From contig CAVRZA010000011.1 of the NCBI GenBank assembly GCA_963725665.1, positions 32,001 to 96,000 of the forward strand: a stretch of DNA of 64,000 nucleotides, given 5' to 3'. Positions 1 to 11,643 of this stretch are shown one piece after another (position 1 is the stretch's first letter; every line of letters starts with the position of its first letter). The position numbers and the translations under genes were made by a program. The DNA comes from an uncultured Actinomycetes bacterium (GTDB lineage: Bacteria; Actinomycetota; Thermoleophilia; UBA2241). The notes under the pieces are model-generated. The model was not told the DNA's origin. It made no database searches and was given only the letters and a program-made list of their open reading frames with translations.

Positions 1-15
1 GCTACTGACTTACGG

Positions 16-3000
16 CTACGGCAACGTCCTGCCAGAAACCACGGGGGTCCAGGCGCTGTTGCCCGCGGCGGTGACTGTCCGGACGCGGTAGTAGCGAGTG
101 GTGTTGACGGGCAACCCCGTGTTCGTGAACGTGGTTGGGCTGATGTTGTTGGCGACGGTGGTCCACCCACCGGCGCCGGTGTTGCTCCTCTGGACGTCGA
201 ACATGATCGGCCCGGGTGCGCCGTTCGATGTGTAAGTCCAGGAGATGACGAGGGAGGTCCTGCCAGCCGGTGCCGCCGGAGGCGTGACCGTCAGGCCGGT
301 CGGAACCGCTCCGATCGCCGGTGGTGTCGTGGCCGAGGCCGTGTTCGACCAGGCCGAGGGGCCGCTCGCGTTGAACGCCCGCACCCGGTAGTAGTAGGTG
401 GTATTGGCCGCGCGGCCGGTGTTGTTGTACGAGGTCTGGTTGGCCCCGTTCAACGTGATGGTGGAGGTCCCGGTGAAGTTCGGGTTCGTTGCTCGCTGGA
501 TCGTGAACCCGGTCTCGTTGTTGGCGTTGTCGGTCCAGGCCAGGTTGATCTGGTTAGGACTGACCGCCGTGGCGATGAGGCTCGATGGAGCAGCCGGCGA
601 GCCCGCGACGGCGGTGAAGGCCGAGGCGATGTTCGACCACGCCGAGAAGCCGTTCGCATTGAAGGCCCTGACGCGGTAGTAGTAGGTGGTGCTGGGCGCG
701 CGGCCGGTGTTGTTGTACGAGGTCCGGTTGGCCCCGTTCAACGTGATGGTGGTCAGGGACCCCCCGGTGAAGGCCGAGTTCGTGGCCCGCTGGATCGTGA
801 ACCCGGTCTCGTTGGTGGCGTTGTCCGTCCAGGTCAGGTTGATCTGCGTCGAGCTGACCGCCGTGGCGACCAGGCTCGATGGGGCAAGCGGTATCGGGTC
901 GACGACCTGGGTGAGCACGGCGCTCGTGCTGCCGGCGAAGCTCGCGTCGCCGCTGTAGACCGCGGTGATCGCATGGCTGCCGGGGCCGAGGAGGGCGGTG
1001 GAGAATGTGGCGCTCGTGCCGGCGAGCGGGATCGCGAGTATCGCGGTCGCGCCGTCGAAGAACTGGACCGAGCCGGACGGGCTGCCGACCCCGGACAGGA
1101 CCGCCACGGTCGCGGTGAACGTGACCGACGTCCCGAAGGGTGACGGGTTCAGGCTGCTCGCGAGATCGTCGAGGTGGCGCCCTGGTTCGACGACCTGGTC
1201 GAGCGGCGCACTCGTGCTGGCGAGGAAGTTCGGATCACCGCTGTACGTCGCTGTGACCGGGTGCGTGCCGACCGTCAAGCTGGAGGTGGTGTAGGTCGCG
1301 ACGCCACCGCTGAGCGTGCCGGTGCCGAGGCTCGTGGCGCCGTCGAAGAACTCGACCGTGCCGGTGGCGGCAGCCGGGCTGACCGTGGCGGTGAAGGTGA
1401 CGCTGTCGCCGAAGATCGACGGATTCAGGCTGCTCGCGAGGTTCGTCGTGGTGGCCGCCTTGTTCACGACCTGGTCGTATGGCGGCGCACTCGTGCTGCC
1501 CAGGTAGACGGCATCACCGCCGTACACTGCGGTGATCGGGTGCGTGCCGGCCGGCAAGCGCGGTCGTGGCGAAGGTCGCGACGCCACCGCTGAGCGTGCC
1601 GGTGCCGAGGCTCGTGGCGCCGTCGAAGAACTCGACCGTGCCGGTGGCGGCGGCCGGGCTGACCGTGGCGGTGAAGGTCACGTTCTGTCGCCGACGAGTC
1701 GACGGATTGATGTCTGCTCGTCACGGTCGTCGTGGTGGCCGCCTTGTTCACGACCTGGTCTAGCGCCGCACTCGTGCTGGCCAGGTAGGCGGCATCACCG
1801 CCGTACACGGCTGTGATCGGGTGCGTGCCGACCGGCAAGCGCGGACGTGGCGAAGGTCGCGACGCCGCCGCTGAGCGTGCCGGTGCCGAGGCTCGTGGCG
1901 CCGTCGAGGAACTCGACCGTGCCGGTGGCGGCGGCCGGGCTGACCGTGGCGGTGAAGGTGACGTCTGTCGCCGACGAGTCGACGGGATTGAGACTGCTCG
2001 TCACGAGTCGTCGTGGTGGGTCCGCCAGCTGGACCAGGATCACGTTCGAAGGTCGAATCACCCGCGGCGTTCCAGGCGATGACCCGGTAGTTGTAGGTCG
2101 GATGGTCGGATCGGGCGGAATGTCGGTGTAGGTGGTGACGTTCGCCAGGGCCGTCGCGATCTGCGTGTAGTCCGGGACCCACCCGTTGACCTCGGCTCGC
2201 TCGATGCGGAAGCCGATCTCGTTCTTGGGGTTGCCCCAGGTGGTCGGGTTGAGGTAGTCGACGGGCGTGCCGTCGGTCCAGTTGAGGATGACGCTGCCCC
2301 GGGTGAACGTGAGGACAGGTGCGTCGGGGACAGCGCTGGCCACGTAGACCGTCACCGGCCGCATCATGTCCATCTCTTCATGGCTCAGGATGTGGCAGTG
2401 GAAGACGTACTCCCAGCCGAAGTTGACGACCTCGTTGACGATCGGCGCGATCGGGTTGCCGTGCGCGTCGGTGTTGTTGAACCCGGCTTCCGTCCCGTTC
2501 GGGCCGTTCTGCGATCCCCTCGCGCCGATGGGCATCATCGGGTTGAGCGGACGCTCGCTGTCGGGGACGCCGAACGGGAGCGCCGGCACGATCGGCCGCA
2601 CGGCCACGATGGTGTCCTCGAGCGGGCTGACCCGGACGGTGTCCTTCCAGCCCAGCTCGGTCGGTTCGGGCGGGATGATGATGTTGTCCCAGGTGACCCG
2701 GTTGATCACCTGCACGTCGTACAGGTGGAAGTGGATCGGGTGCGTGTCCACCCCGTTGTGGGTGATCTTCCAGATCTGGGTCCCGTCGTCGGCCGAGGAG
2801 ATCGGGGTCACGTCCAGGCTGCTCGGCAGCCCGCTCGAGTCCAGGACCTCGGTCGCCGGGTTCACGTACGGGTACAGGATGATGTTCTGGAGGAGCGGCG
2901 TGGCGCCCGGCGCTTCGAGGCCCAGGTTGGCGGTCATCCGCCCCCATTCGTCGAAGTTGGCCGAGTTCATCTCGTCGTGGATGCCCTTCGGCTGGAAGGG

Positions 3001-6000
3001 GATCTGCAGCTGCGGGCCAGTGCCGTCCTTGGCGGGGCCCAGGGTGTTGAACTTGAACAGGTCGGTCGGCTGCGAGCCTTCCTGCGATCCGGGCGTACCC
3101 GTCGCACTTGGCGCTCGGATTGGTGGGGCTGTTGCACCAGCCGCTGCCCACGAAGTTGGTGCCGTAGGCCGAGTTGTAGGCGGCCTGGCCGACGATGATC
3201 GGGTCCACCGAGGACTCGAACACGCCGGACCCGTCGGCCTGGTGGGCGAAGGCCGCCACGAGCGCGCCCATGCGGTCGGCGGTGGTGTTCGGCCGGTCGA
3301 AGGCGACCGCCGGCGCCGCGTTCGACACCTTGACCTGCATGATGGTGCGGGTGTTGGGGCCATAGCCCGGCAGGGTGGTCGGGGCGCCGGACGGGCGTCA
3401 GGTCCGGGCCGCCGGTGTAGTAGTCGTAGCCGGGCACGCGCGCCGGGAACGCCGCGGGCGCATCGTTGTAGAGGATCAGCGTCTTGCCCCGGAACTGCGA
3501 GAAGTCGACGATCACGTCGGCGCGCTCGGCCGGCGCCAGCAGCAGCGAGTGCTGGTCGACGTTGCCCACGTCGAAGCGGGTCGGGTCGGTGATCCAGGTG
3601 GTCGGCTGGGCCGGGACGACGACCGGAGCGGGCAGGAACCCGCCCTCGGTGCCGATCTGGATCCAGTTCGGGCCCGCCGGGCTCCAGGTCGTGTCCGGCG
3701 TCGGGAAGACGACCGGGTCGGTCTGGGCGGCCGCGACCTCGGCGGGGTTCAGGGCGACCTCGCTGAGGGTCCCCGTCCTCGGGTCGGCCACGTACCACGA
3801 CAGGTTCCAGAAGCGGTCGTTCGCCGCGTTGAGGATGCGGAAGCGGTAGGCCTTCGGGTCGACCGTGGTCGTGGGGTAGGCCGTGCCGTTGACGATGGGC
3901 GTGTCGTTGAACGCTTCCATGCCCACCGAGACGTTCGGCGTCGACGGGATCAACGCCGGCTCGCAGAACGGCTGGACACGTTCGGGTCACAGGTCGGGTC
4001 GTAGTACGGGTTGGCGATCGGCGGGTACTTGGCGTCCTTGGCGGGCGGCCAGAACCACGGGCCGTACATCCAGCGTCCGAAGGCGCTCATGCCCGAGGGG
4101 TCGCCCGGGTTCTGGGCCGGCATGTAGACGTGCGGCGCCCAGAGGTTGCCCTCGCCGCCCCAGCGGTCGTACTGCCAGGTCGGGTCGACCTTGGCCATCT
4201 TCGCCGCGCTCGGCACGAAGGTCTTGTCCTGGATGACGAGCGGGGTGCCGACGCCCAGGCCCGCCAGGGCGCCTCCCGGGGCGATCAGGCTCTGCTCCAT
4301 CGCATCGGTGAGCAGGTAGCCGGCGGCCTCGCCGGCGTACACGTTCAGGCGGGTGATGCCCCAGGCATGGTCGTGGTAGAACATCAGCCGCGCGCTCTGC
4401 TGGTTGGTGTAGAAGAAGGTCAGCGCCCCGGGGCCCGGATCGGGCATGTCGGGAACGTTGCTCACGCTGACGCCCTCGGGATACGCGGTGTCCTCGCCAG
4501 CCGGCGTGATCCACTGGTGCGGCGTGCCGTCGCTGATCCAGGGGGTGATGCCGCCGTGCAGGTGCAGGGTGGCGCGGTTCTCGGCGAAGCAGCCCGTGGG
4601 CTTCGGGCCGGGCTCACCGCACATGGGGTTGCGCACCCCGTCCATGACGGTGCCCTGATCCGGCGCCATGTCCATCGGCACGCCGTTCGCGTCGAGCGTG
4701 CATCATGTCCGGGCCCGCGCCCGAGCCCATCATCGAGGTGTCGACCGGCAGGAACAGGTTGCCGCCGACGCCCGGTCGGCAGCAGGTTGCGGAACAGGAT
4801 GCGCACCGGCCTGTCCTTGGTGGCGACGATGGTCGGCCCCAGGTAGTGGGGGTTGTCGACGCCCGTGTAGCCCGGCGATCGGGGTAGCCGGGTAGGGTCG
4901 GATCGAGGTTCGCGTTGCTCAGCGGCACCTGGTTCCCAGGCACGACGCTCGTCGAGAGCTGCACGTAGCCGCGCAGCAGCGTGGCCGGCAGGTCCCGAGT
5001 GGAACTTCATGCGGTACTGGACGACCGCGATCTCGTAGTAGTCCGAGCCGGGGTAGGTGGTGGTGTCGGGGACGGCGACCGGGATGTACTGGCCGAGGTT
5101 GTTCGCGCCGGTCGGCCCGAGGCCGGGCAGCGTGTCGACGAACTTCTTGAGGCCGGGCGTGAGGTAGCCGGCGCCGGGGTTCGTGACGGTGATGGCGGTG
5201 ACGGCGCCCTTGACCGCGACCGTTGCCGTGGCGGTGGCGGGCACGGTTGCGGTCCCACCCAGGTCGGTGATGTCCACCGTCGGCGCGGAGTCGTAGCCCT
5301 GGCCGCCGGAGGTCACGTCGATCTGGCCGATGCCGATGGTCGCGTACAGCGGTGGCCGGCGTCGGCGCCGCCTGGTTGAGGGCCCCGTCCCAGGATCGTG
5401 ACCGTCGGCGCGGACGTGTACCCGGAGCCCGGGTTCACCACGGTCGACTCCGGTGACGACGCCGTTGGCGTCCATCGTCGCCGTGCCCGGTCGCCTGCAC
5501 GCCGCCGGGCAGGTTCGGGAGCGAGAACTCGACGATCGGCTGGATGGCGTAGCCGCTGCCGCCGTCGATCAGGGTGACGTTATCGACGCCACCGCTCGCC
5601 ACGGCTGTGGCCTGCGGACCGGTGGGGTTGCCGCCCGTGAGGGTGACGGCTGGGAGTGGTGAAGCCGAAGCCAGACTCGTTCACGGCGATGCTGTTGACG
5701 ACGCCGGTCGAGATCTGGGCCGTCGCGCTGGCCAGCGCCGTGGGGGTCACCCCCGGAGACGGTGATCGAGACGGTCGGGGGGAGAACGTAGCCGGCGCCC
5801 GGGCTGGTGACGGTGATGGCTGAGATGCCGCCCGTCTTCGGGTCGACCGTGGCCGTCGCCTGCGCGCCCGTCCCGGGATCCGCGACGGTGGGGGTGACGG
5901 TGGCCGCGATGGAGTACGTGCGGTCCTGCGTCGCGTAGATCGGGAAACCCGGGTCGCGCCGAGGCGTGATCGTGGCTGCCTTGGGCAGGCGCCAGCGGGC

Positions 6001-6692
6001 GTCGCCAGGGTCGGATCCGCGGTCGCCGGATAGCTGAAGGTATCCGGGTTCGCCGCTACACCGGTGTCGACGGGAATGCCTTCGCCGTAGAAGCCGATCA
6101 CGTCACCGGCCTGGACAGCGACGCCCGGCGTTACCGGGAATGTCGCCATGTTCAGATACGGCCGGATCGGCCAGTGCCGGAACGGTGAGCTCTCCACTGT
6201 CATAGACAACCTTGTATTGGTTGGCAGTACCGGTGGGGCGCAGCACGTAGGCATGGAACAGGTTGCCTGCGGACGGCGTGGGGCTGCTGCCCGGCGTTGC
6301 CTGGTTCCAGGTCTGGAAATTGTTGAGCGTGCCGGCAGGCAGCGGGGCGTTGGCAAGGACGACGAACACGGGGCCGAGTGTGCCCGGCGCCGTCGCGTAG
6401 TCGGTGGCATAGGCGCGCCCGACCAGCGGATTCCCGAAGGATACCGGCGTCGGGGTCCCCAGGCCGATCGTGACGATCGCGTCGGCGAGCACCTGCGGGC
6501 TGTTGGCCCAGTTCGGGTACGGCCCGAAGTAGTGCGGAACCTTCGACTCGTCCGTCGGCCCGAGCCGGGCGCGGCAAAGCCCTGGCCGACCGTCAACAGT
6601 AACAAGGTCGTCACCAAGGCTACCGCCACAAAGCCCAGGACGCTGAGCTTCGCCAACGACATCCGTCTGATTGCTCTTACGCTGGAACTCAT
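16..6692 (-). CDS. Giant secreted multicopper oxidase (MofA/OmpB-like) with beta-rich repeats, about 4 Ig-like (Big_3-like) and 3-4 FN3 domains; split by many frameshifts
   Basis: ATG at 6692 with GGAAGGGGG RBS and signal peptide (LSVLGFVAVALVTTLLLLTVGQGFA). Successive minus-strand ORF fragments carry all four Cu motifs in order: LHLHGG, FYHDH, HPIHFH, HCHILSHEEMDM. C-terminal Ig-like repeats (VTFTATVSPAAATGTVEFFDG) and FN3 repeats (INLTWTDNATNETGFTIQR...YYYRVRAFN). Stop at 16. Confidence 0.85.
340..890 (-). repeat. Two near-identical FN3-encoding DNA repeats (~290 bp)
   Basis: Long shared blocks such as cgcggccggtgttgttgtacgaggtc and gctggatcgtgaacccggtctcgttg occur at ~340-600 and ~630-890. 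Confidence 0.85.
1250..2010 (-). repeat. Three near-identical Ig-like-domain DNA repeats (~275 bp period)
   Basis: The block gctgagcgtgccggtgccgaggctcgtggcgccgtcga...gactgaccgtggcggtgaaggt-like text recurs at ~1310, ~1590 and ~1870. Confidence 0.85.
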
Positions 6693-7174
6693 GAGACCCC
6701 CTTCCGCAACTCCTGCAAAACACTCATGGACCTATCTGAACCCGTCAAAGCCCGCACGTCTTAAGCGTCACCCCCTGTGAGCCGCACCACGAACGTGGCA
6801 TGCCGCCGGTCTGGCGGGTATGACGCGCACCAGCGCAGCTCACCGGCCATCATCTCCGCTGCAGCGGCGGCCGAATACGGCCGTTCTACCTGACTTCCCC
6901 TGGACGAAAGGCATAGCCGACAGCGCGAGGACGCCGTGACGTCACGTCGCAGCCTCACCTGGGACGTAGGCCCTTTTGCAGCCATTTCTTGAGATCTCAG
7001 CTCCCCAGGAAGGGCTGCCGCAACCGACGCGTTGTCAGAACCGGCGACGGTGATTGGACGAACCCCGACCGCACGCGCGAAGCCTAGACCCCCGTTCTCG
7101 GGCGCATATCGAGGCCCGTTTCGTGTAGCCCGGTAGTACAATGCTTCAAAGCACCGGAATCTTGTGGGGGGGAC

Positions 7175-9264
7175 GTGAATCTCCTGGTCGTCTCGATGGG
7201 AGTCGCCGCCGGCGTCGGTATCGACGCTGCTCTGACCAACGGGCTGGCCGGCCTCTCGCACCGACCGCGTGACGGAGCCCGCCTCGCCTTCGCCGCCGCT
7301 GCCATCGCGGCCGCGGTGGGAGCCCTCTCAGCGGCTGCGCTCTATTCCGTCGACGACCCGTCCACGCACGTCGCCATCATGAAATGGCTGCTCTTCCCCG
7401 CGAGCGTTGCGTGGACCGCCGCGGCCGTCTGGCTGGTCGCCTTCTACACCGGGGTGCGACCGCTGCGGTTTCTCCTGGCGCTGACGGCGGGCTTCTGCCT
7501 GGTCGTCGCGATCAACCTCTGGCTTCCTCTGGGTCTCTACCACTCGAGACCGGTCGAGCTGCGGTCGACCGCGATGTTTGGATCCCATGTCATGCTCATG
7601 GCACAACCTTCGCCACACTGGGCAAACGTGATCACCAGCGCCCTCACGGCCATCGCGTTCGTCTTCCTCTACTACGCCCTCTTCAAGATCCTTGCCAGGG
7701 GGGAGCGCCGCAAGGCCGCCTACCTTGCGCTGGGCGTCGGGCTCTTCTCGCTCACCATGCTTCTGGACACCCTTGCCGACTACGGCCTCATCGTGAGCCT
7801 CTACCTCACGCAGCTCTGCTTCGCTGCCGTCGTTCTCATCATGAGCGTCGCTCTCCGCCACGAGGCGCTGCAGGCTGAGGCCGAGCTCCAGGGCTACCGC
7901 ACCCAGCTCGAATCGCTCGTCGACGCGCGCGTACGCGACCTCGACAAGGCCACAGATTTGCTTGAAGTGGAGATCCAGATCAGGACCGCGGCGGAGGAGT
8001 CGCTGCGCCAGCGTCTCACGGAGCTCGACGCGTTGCAGAACATCTCGCAGAGACTCGCCGACCGCACCGATCTGGACACCGCGCTCCACGCGGCGTCCAG
8101 CGAGATCAAGATGCTCTTCGAGGCCTGCCACGCGCGTGTCTACCTTCTCGACGAAGGCCCCGCCGCGCCGGCCGACACGTCCGCCGCAGACGGGGGCTCG
8201 GCGATCACGGCGGCGGGGTCGGCGGACGAGACTCGCCTGCTGAAGCAAGCCATTGATGGCCGCGAGCCGCTGGCCGTCGAGGATCCCGCCTCGGCCCTGC
8301 TGCCGCCCGGTATCGCCGAACCGTTGGTGACCCTGGGGGTACGTCACTTGCTGCTCGTCCCCATGGTGGCCCGCAGCGAGGTCGTCGGCGTTCTCGCCAT
8401 CGCCCGTGACGAACGCGGCTCTGCTTTCTCATCCCGAGAAGCCACCCTCGCGCGGACCGTCGCCGACACGCTGGCGGCTGCGGTGCGAGACTGAGCACCT
8501 GCATCAGCGCGAGACGAGGCAGGCCGCCGAGGACGAGCGGCAGCGGCTCGCACGCGACCTTCACGACGCGGTCACGCAGAGCATCTACTCGGCGAGCCTG
8601 ATAGCCGAGGCCTTGCCGGCCGTCTGGGAACGAGAGCCCGACGAGGGGCGGTACAACCTCGTGCGGCTCCGTCGCCTCGTGCGCGCCGCGCTTGCGGAGA
8701 TGCGCACGCTGCTCTTCGAGCTCCGACCGGGAGCGCTCGAAGCGGCGCCGCTGGACACGCTGCTCGAGCGGCTCGGTGACGCGCTCAGCGGACAGGCGCA
8801 GATCCCGGTCGACGTGAGCGTCGCGGATAAGGACAGCCTGCCGTCCGATGTGAAGATCACCTTCTACCGGGTGGCGCAGGAAGCCTTCAGCAACATCGCC
8901 AAGCACGCGCGCGCCTCGCAAGTGAGGGCTTCGCTGACCGACGACGAGCAGCAGGTCACACTGACCGTCGAAGACGACGGGCGCGGCTTCGACCCGGAGG
9001 CGATCGAGCCCGAACGCATGGGGCTGCGCATCATGCGCGAGCGGCTCGATCGCATCGGCGCCTCGCTAGAGGTCAGCAGTGCAGCCGGACGCGGGTACCC
9101 GCCTCGTGGCGGTATGGCCGCGTCCCGCCGCTGGAGAACCACCTGAGGACGGGCAGCCTGGGGATGCCCGGCCTCGCGGCGAACAGCCTGAGGACGCACG
9201 ACCTACGGATGGAGAGGGGAGACGTGAGCTATCGGGCTCGCATTCGAGTGCTCATAGCCGATGA
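7175..9264 (+). CDS. Membrane sensor histidine kinase (multi-TM N-terminus, GAF, HisKA_3, HATPase); frameshifts near 8490 and 9100
   Basis: About 7 TM helices, a coiled coil and a GAF domain in 7175-8494. ERQRLARDLHDAVTQ H-box, QEAFSNIAKHA N-box and DDGRGF G-box in 8406-9146. GTRLVAVWP C-terminus in a third frame. TACAAT -10 at 7137-7142. Confidence 0.85.
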
Positions 9265-9853
9265 CCACTACATGGTCCGTGAAGGACTCAGGGTCTTCCT
9301 GTCGGCGCAGGAGGATCTCGAGGTGGTGGGCGAGGCAGCCGACGGAGCCGAGGCGGTCGAGCAGTGCCGGCGGCTCCAGCCCGACGTCGTGCTCATGGAC
9401 GTGCTGATGCCGGTCATGGACGGCGCCGAGGCGACTGCCAGAGTCAAGGAAGAGTGGCCGGAGATCCAGATCATCGTCCTGACGAGCTTCGTCGACGAGA
9501 AGCTCGTTCAGCGTGTGCTCGACGGCGGAGCCATCAGCTACCTGCTCAAAGACGCCCGGCCCGAGAAGCTCGCGCAAGCGATCAGGGACGCCTACCGCGG
9601 CCGCGGCAGCATCGACGCCAGCGCCATGCAGGCCCTGATGAACAAGAAGGACGAGGTGGGACACGACCTCACGCCGCGTGAGCGCGAGGTGCTGGCGCTG
9701 CTCGCCGCCGGCCTCAGCAACAACGAGATCGCCGAGAAGCTGACGCTGAGCCCCGGCACCGTTCGCCTTCACGTGAGCAACGTGCTGGCCAAGCTCGACG
9801 CACCGAACCGCACGAGTGCGGCCATCATGGCCATGAAGCACGGGCTGGCATAA
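9224..9853 (+). CDS. NarL/LuxR-family response regulator
   Basis: RVLIADDH...VLMDVLMP...LTS...YLLK receiver and LTPREREVL...LSNNEIA HTH; GTG at 9224 after GGAGAGGGGA. Confidence 0.93.
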   Translation: MSYRARIRVLIADDHYMVREGLRVFLSAQEDLEVVGEAADGAEAVEQCRRLQPDVVLMDVLMPVMDGAEATARVKEEWPEIQIIVLTSFVDEKLVQRVLDGGAISYLLKDARPEKLAQAIRDAYRGRGSIDASAMQALMNKKDEVGHDLTPREREVLALLAAGLSNNEIAEKLTLSPGTVRLHVSNVLAKLDAPNRTSAAIMAMKHGLA

Positions 9854-10021
9854 GACCCACGTCGAGACCGCTGCACCTATCACACTCGTCCATGCGAAGA
9901 CATGCCGTTTGCCCGTACTACACTTAGTGGTTCAGACGGATGATGCGCGCGGAGGAGGGCTGCGGCGCCGGCGGCAGCCGCCGGGAGCCACGGGGAACGA
10001 GATCTCAAGGAGGCTATCCCC

Positions 10022-10382
10022 TTGCGTGTCTTGCTGGCGACGGACCGGCCGCATCTGGGCGATGCCCTGTCTCTCTTTCTCACCGAGCGGCACATCGACG
10101 TCGTCGCCGTTGCGTCCGATGCCCACGAACTGGTCAGCTCTTGCCGTGGCCACACACCCCCGCGTCGTCCTCGTCGATTGGCAACTGGCGGGAGCCGGCT
10201 CGGCCGGGGTCCTCGCCGATCTCAAGAACTGCGAGGAGCCGGCCCACATCATAGTGATGGGCACGGCCGAGGAGCGAGTCCTGGCCCAGATGGCGGCGGC
10301 CGACGGTTACGTCACGCTCGGCGACCCCCCAGAGGCGCTGCTCGAGGTCCTGCGCGAGGTGGCGCCGACCGCAGGTAGGTGA
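10022..10382 (+). CDS. Stand-alone atypical receiver (REC-like) protein; frameshift near 10150
   Basis: AAGGAGG RBS plus TTG; MRVLLATD... continues in another frame as PRVVLVDWQL...ADGYVTLGDPPEALL. Confidence 0.6.
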
Positions 10383-10445
10383 GTCGCAGCACGGTTGGCG
10401 AAGCCGCGCGGCACGTGACAGGGGGCCCCCGGGGCGTCCCGCAGG

Positions 10446-11553
10446 TCACCTCAGCGGCGAGAGCGTCAGGCTGATCGAGTGCGTGCCCCAGGGCGAAGCC
10501 GCGACGGCGTCGACCACCGCTTGCGCGTCGTCGCCCCGCGCGAGGGCCGCGAGGATGGCTCCGTAGCGCCCGTTGCGCAGCGTTGCGATGGTCGCCACGA
10601 ATCCTTGCTGCCAGCTCACGTAGGCCTTGACCCCCACAGAGTTCATGCTGGTCGCACCAGGCTCGGGCATCGTCGTGTTGAGCGGGTTGTAGTGCGCCGT
10701 GTTGTACCAGTGCCCGCCCTCGGCCATCTCCCAGGCGGTGAGGGCGACGAGGTTCTCGGTCGTCCTCGGAGCGCCGAGGCCGGCGAGCAGGGCCTGCGCC
10801 CACGTGATCTGGGTGTAGGGACCCTTGGCCGGAGGAAGCGAGCCGGCGGGTGGAAGTTGAGCGGCGACGATCTTCTGGATCTTCTTCACGAGGTCGCGCA
10901 ACAGCGCGCGCCGCTCGGCGATCCTCTGGCTCATCAGGATGCGCTCGGCGTCGATGTCGGCACGCACGTCGAGCGCCTCCTGGCGCCGGCTGGTCGAGCG
11001 CCTTCTCAAAGCCCGCCACGTCGGACGCGAGCCGGTGCAGCTCCTGCTGCGCACGCCGATCCTGCTCGGCAACGAGGTCGAAGAACTCGAGCTGGGTCTG
11101 AGGATCCGAGTAGCCACCCGAGTCGGCGAGGAAGTCGAGCCACGTGTAGTCGCCCATCTTGTACATGGCGGCGAGCCGGCGGCCGAGCAGGTCCTGCTGG
11201 CGCGCGAGGCTCGCGCGCGAGCCGGCGAGCTGCAGACGGAGCTGTGACAGCTCACCGTTGACACGCGCGAGCCTCGCGCGCGCTTCATCGTACTGGCGCA
11301 CGATGGCCGCCATCTCGTCGCCCAGGAGGCGCATCTGCCCCTGGACCTTGCGCGCCTCGGCGCGGAGGCCGGCGAGAGAAGTGGGCTTCTTGCCAAAGGT
11401 GAGGACCTTGACCTCGGGAGTGGCGCTGGGGGTTGGGGACGGCGTGGCGGCGGCCTGCGTGGCGGCCACGAGCAGAGCCGCGCAGGCCGCCGCCACGGCC
11501 GCCGCAAGCAGCCGCGTCCGCGCCTGCCCAACCCTGTCCATGAACGCGTCCAC
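10446..11553 (-). CDS. Secreted coiled-coil (PcsB/CwlO-like) protein with C-terminal lysozyme-like domain; frameshift near 10990
   Basis: Signal peptide, long coiled coil with RLAAMYKMG motif, C-terminal AWEMAEGG...YNPLNTT...SPWGT domain. Confidence 0.7.
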
Positions 11554-11643
11554 TCTCGTGGCCTGTATCGGCCCTCGGCGCGAACCCTTTATGTGGGAGA
11601 ATCAGCGCGCCCCGCAACGGTGGGGCCGGACGAGGAGGATGTG

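Noticed and set aside
340-2010. Repeats as a CRISPR array or DGR template/variable pair
   Set aside because: They are long in-gene domain repeats with no spacers, cas genes, reverse transcriptase or adenine-specific variation
6761-7261. 166-aa minus-strand ORF in the oxidase-kinase gap
   Set aside because: Atypical codon usage, overlaps the kinase start and no motifs; more likely regulatory DNA
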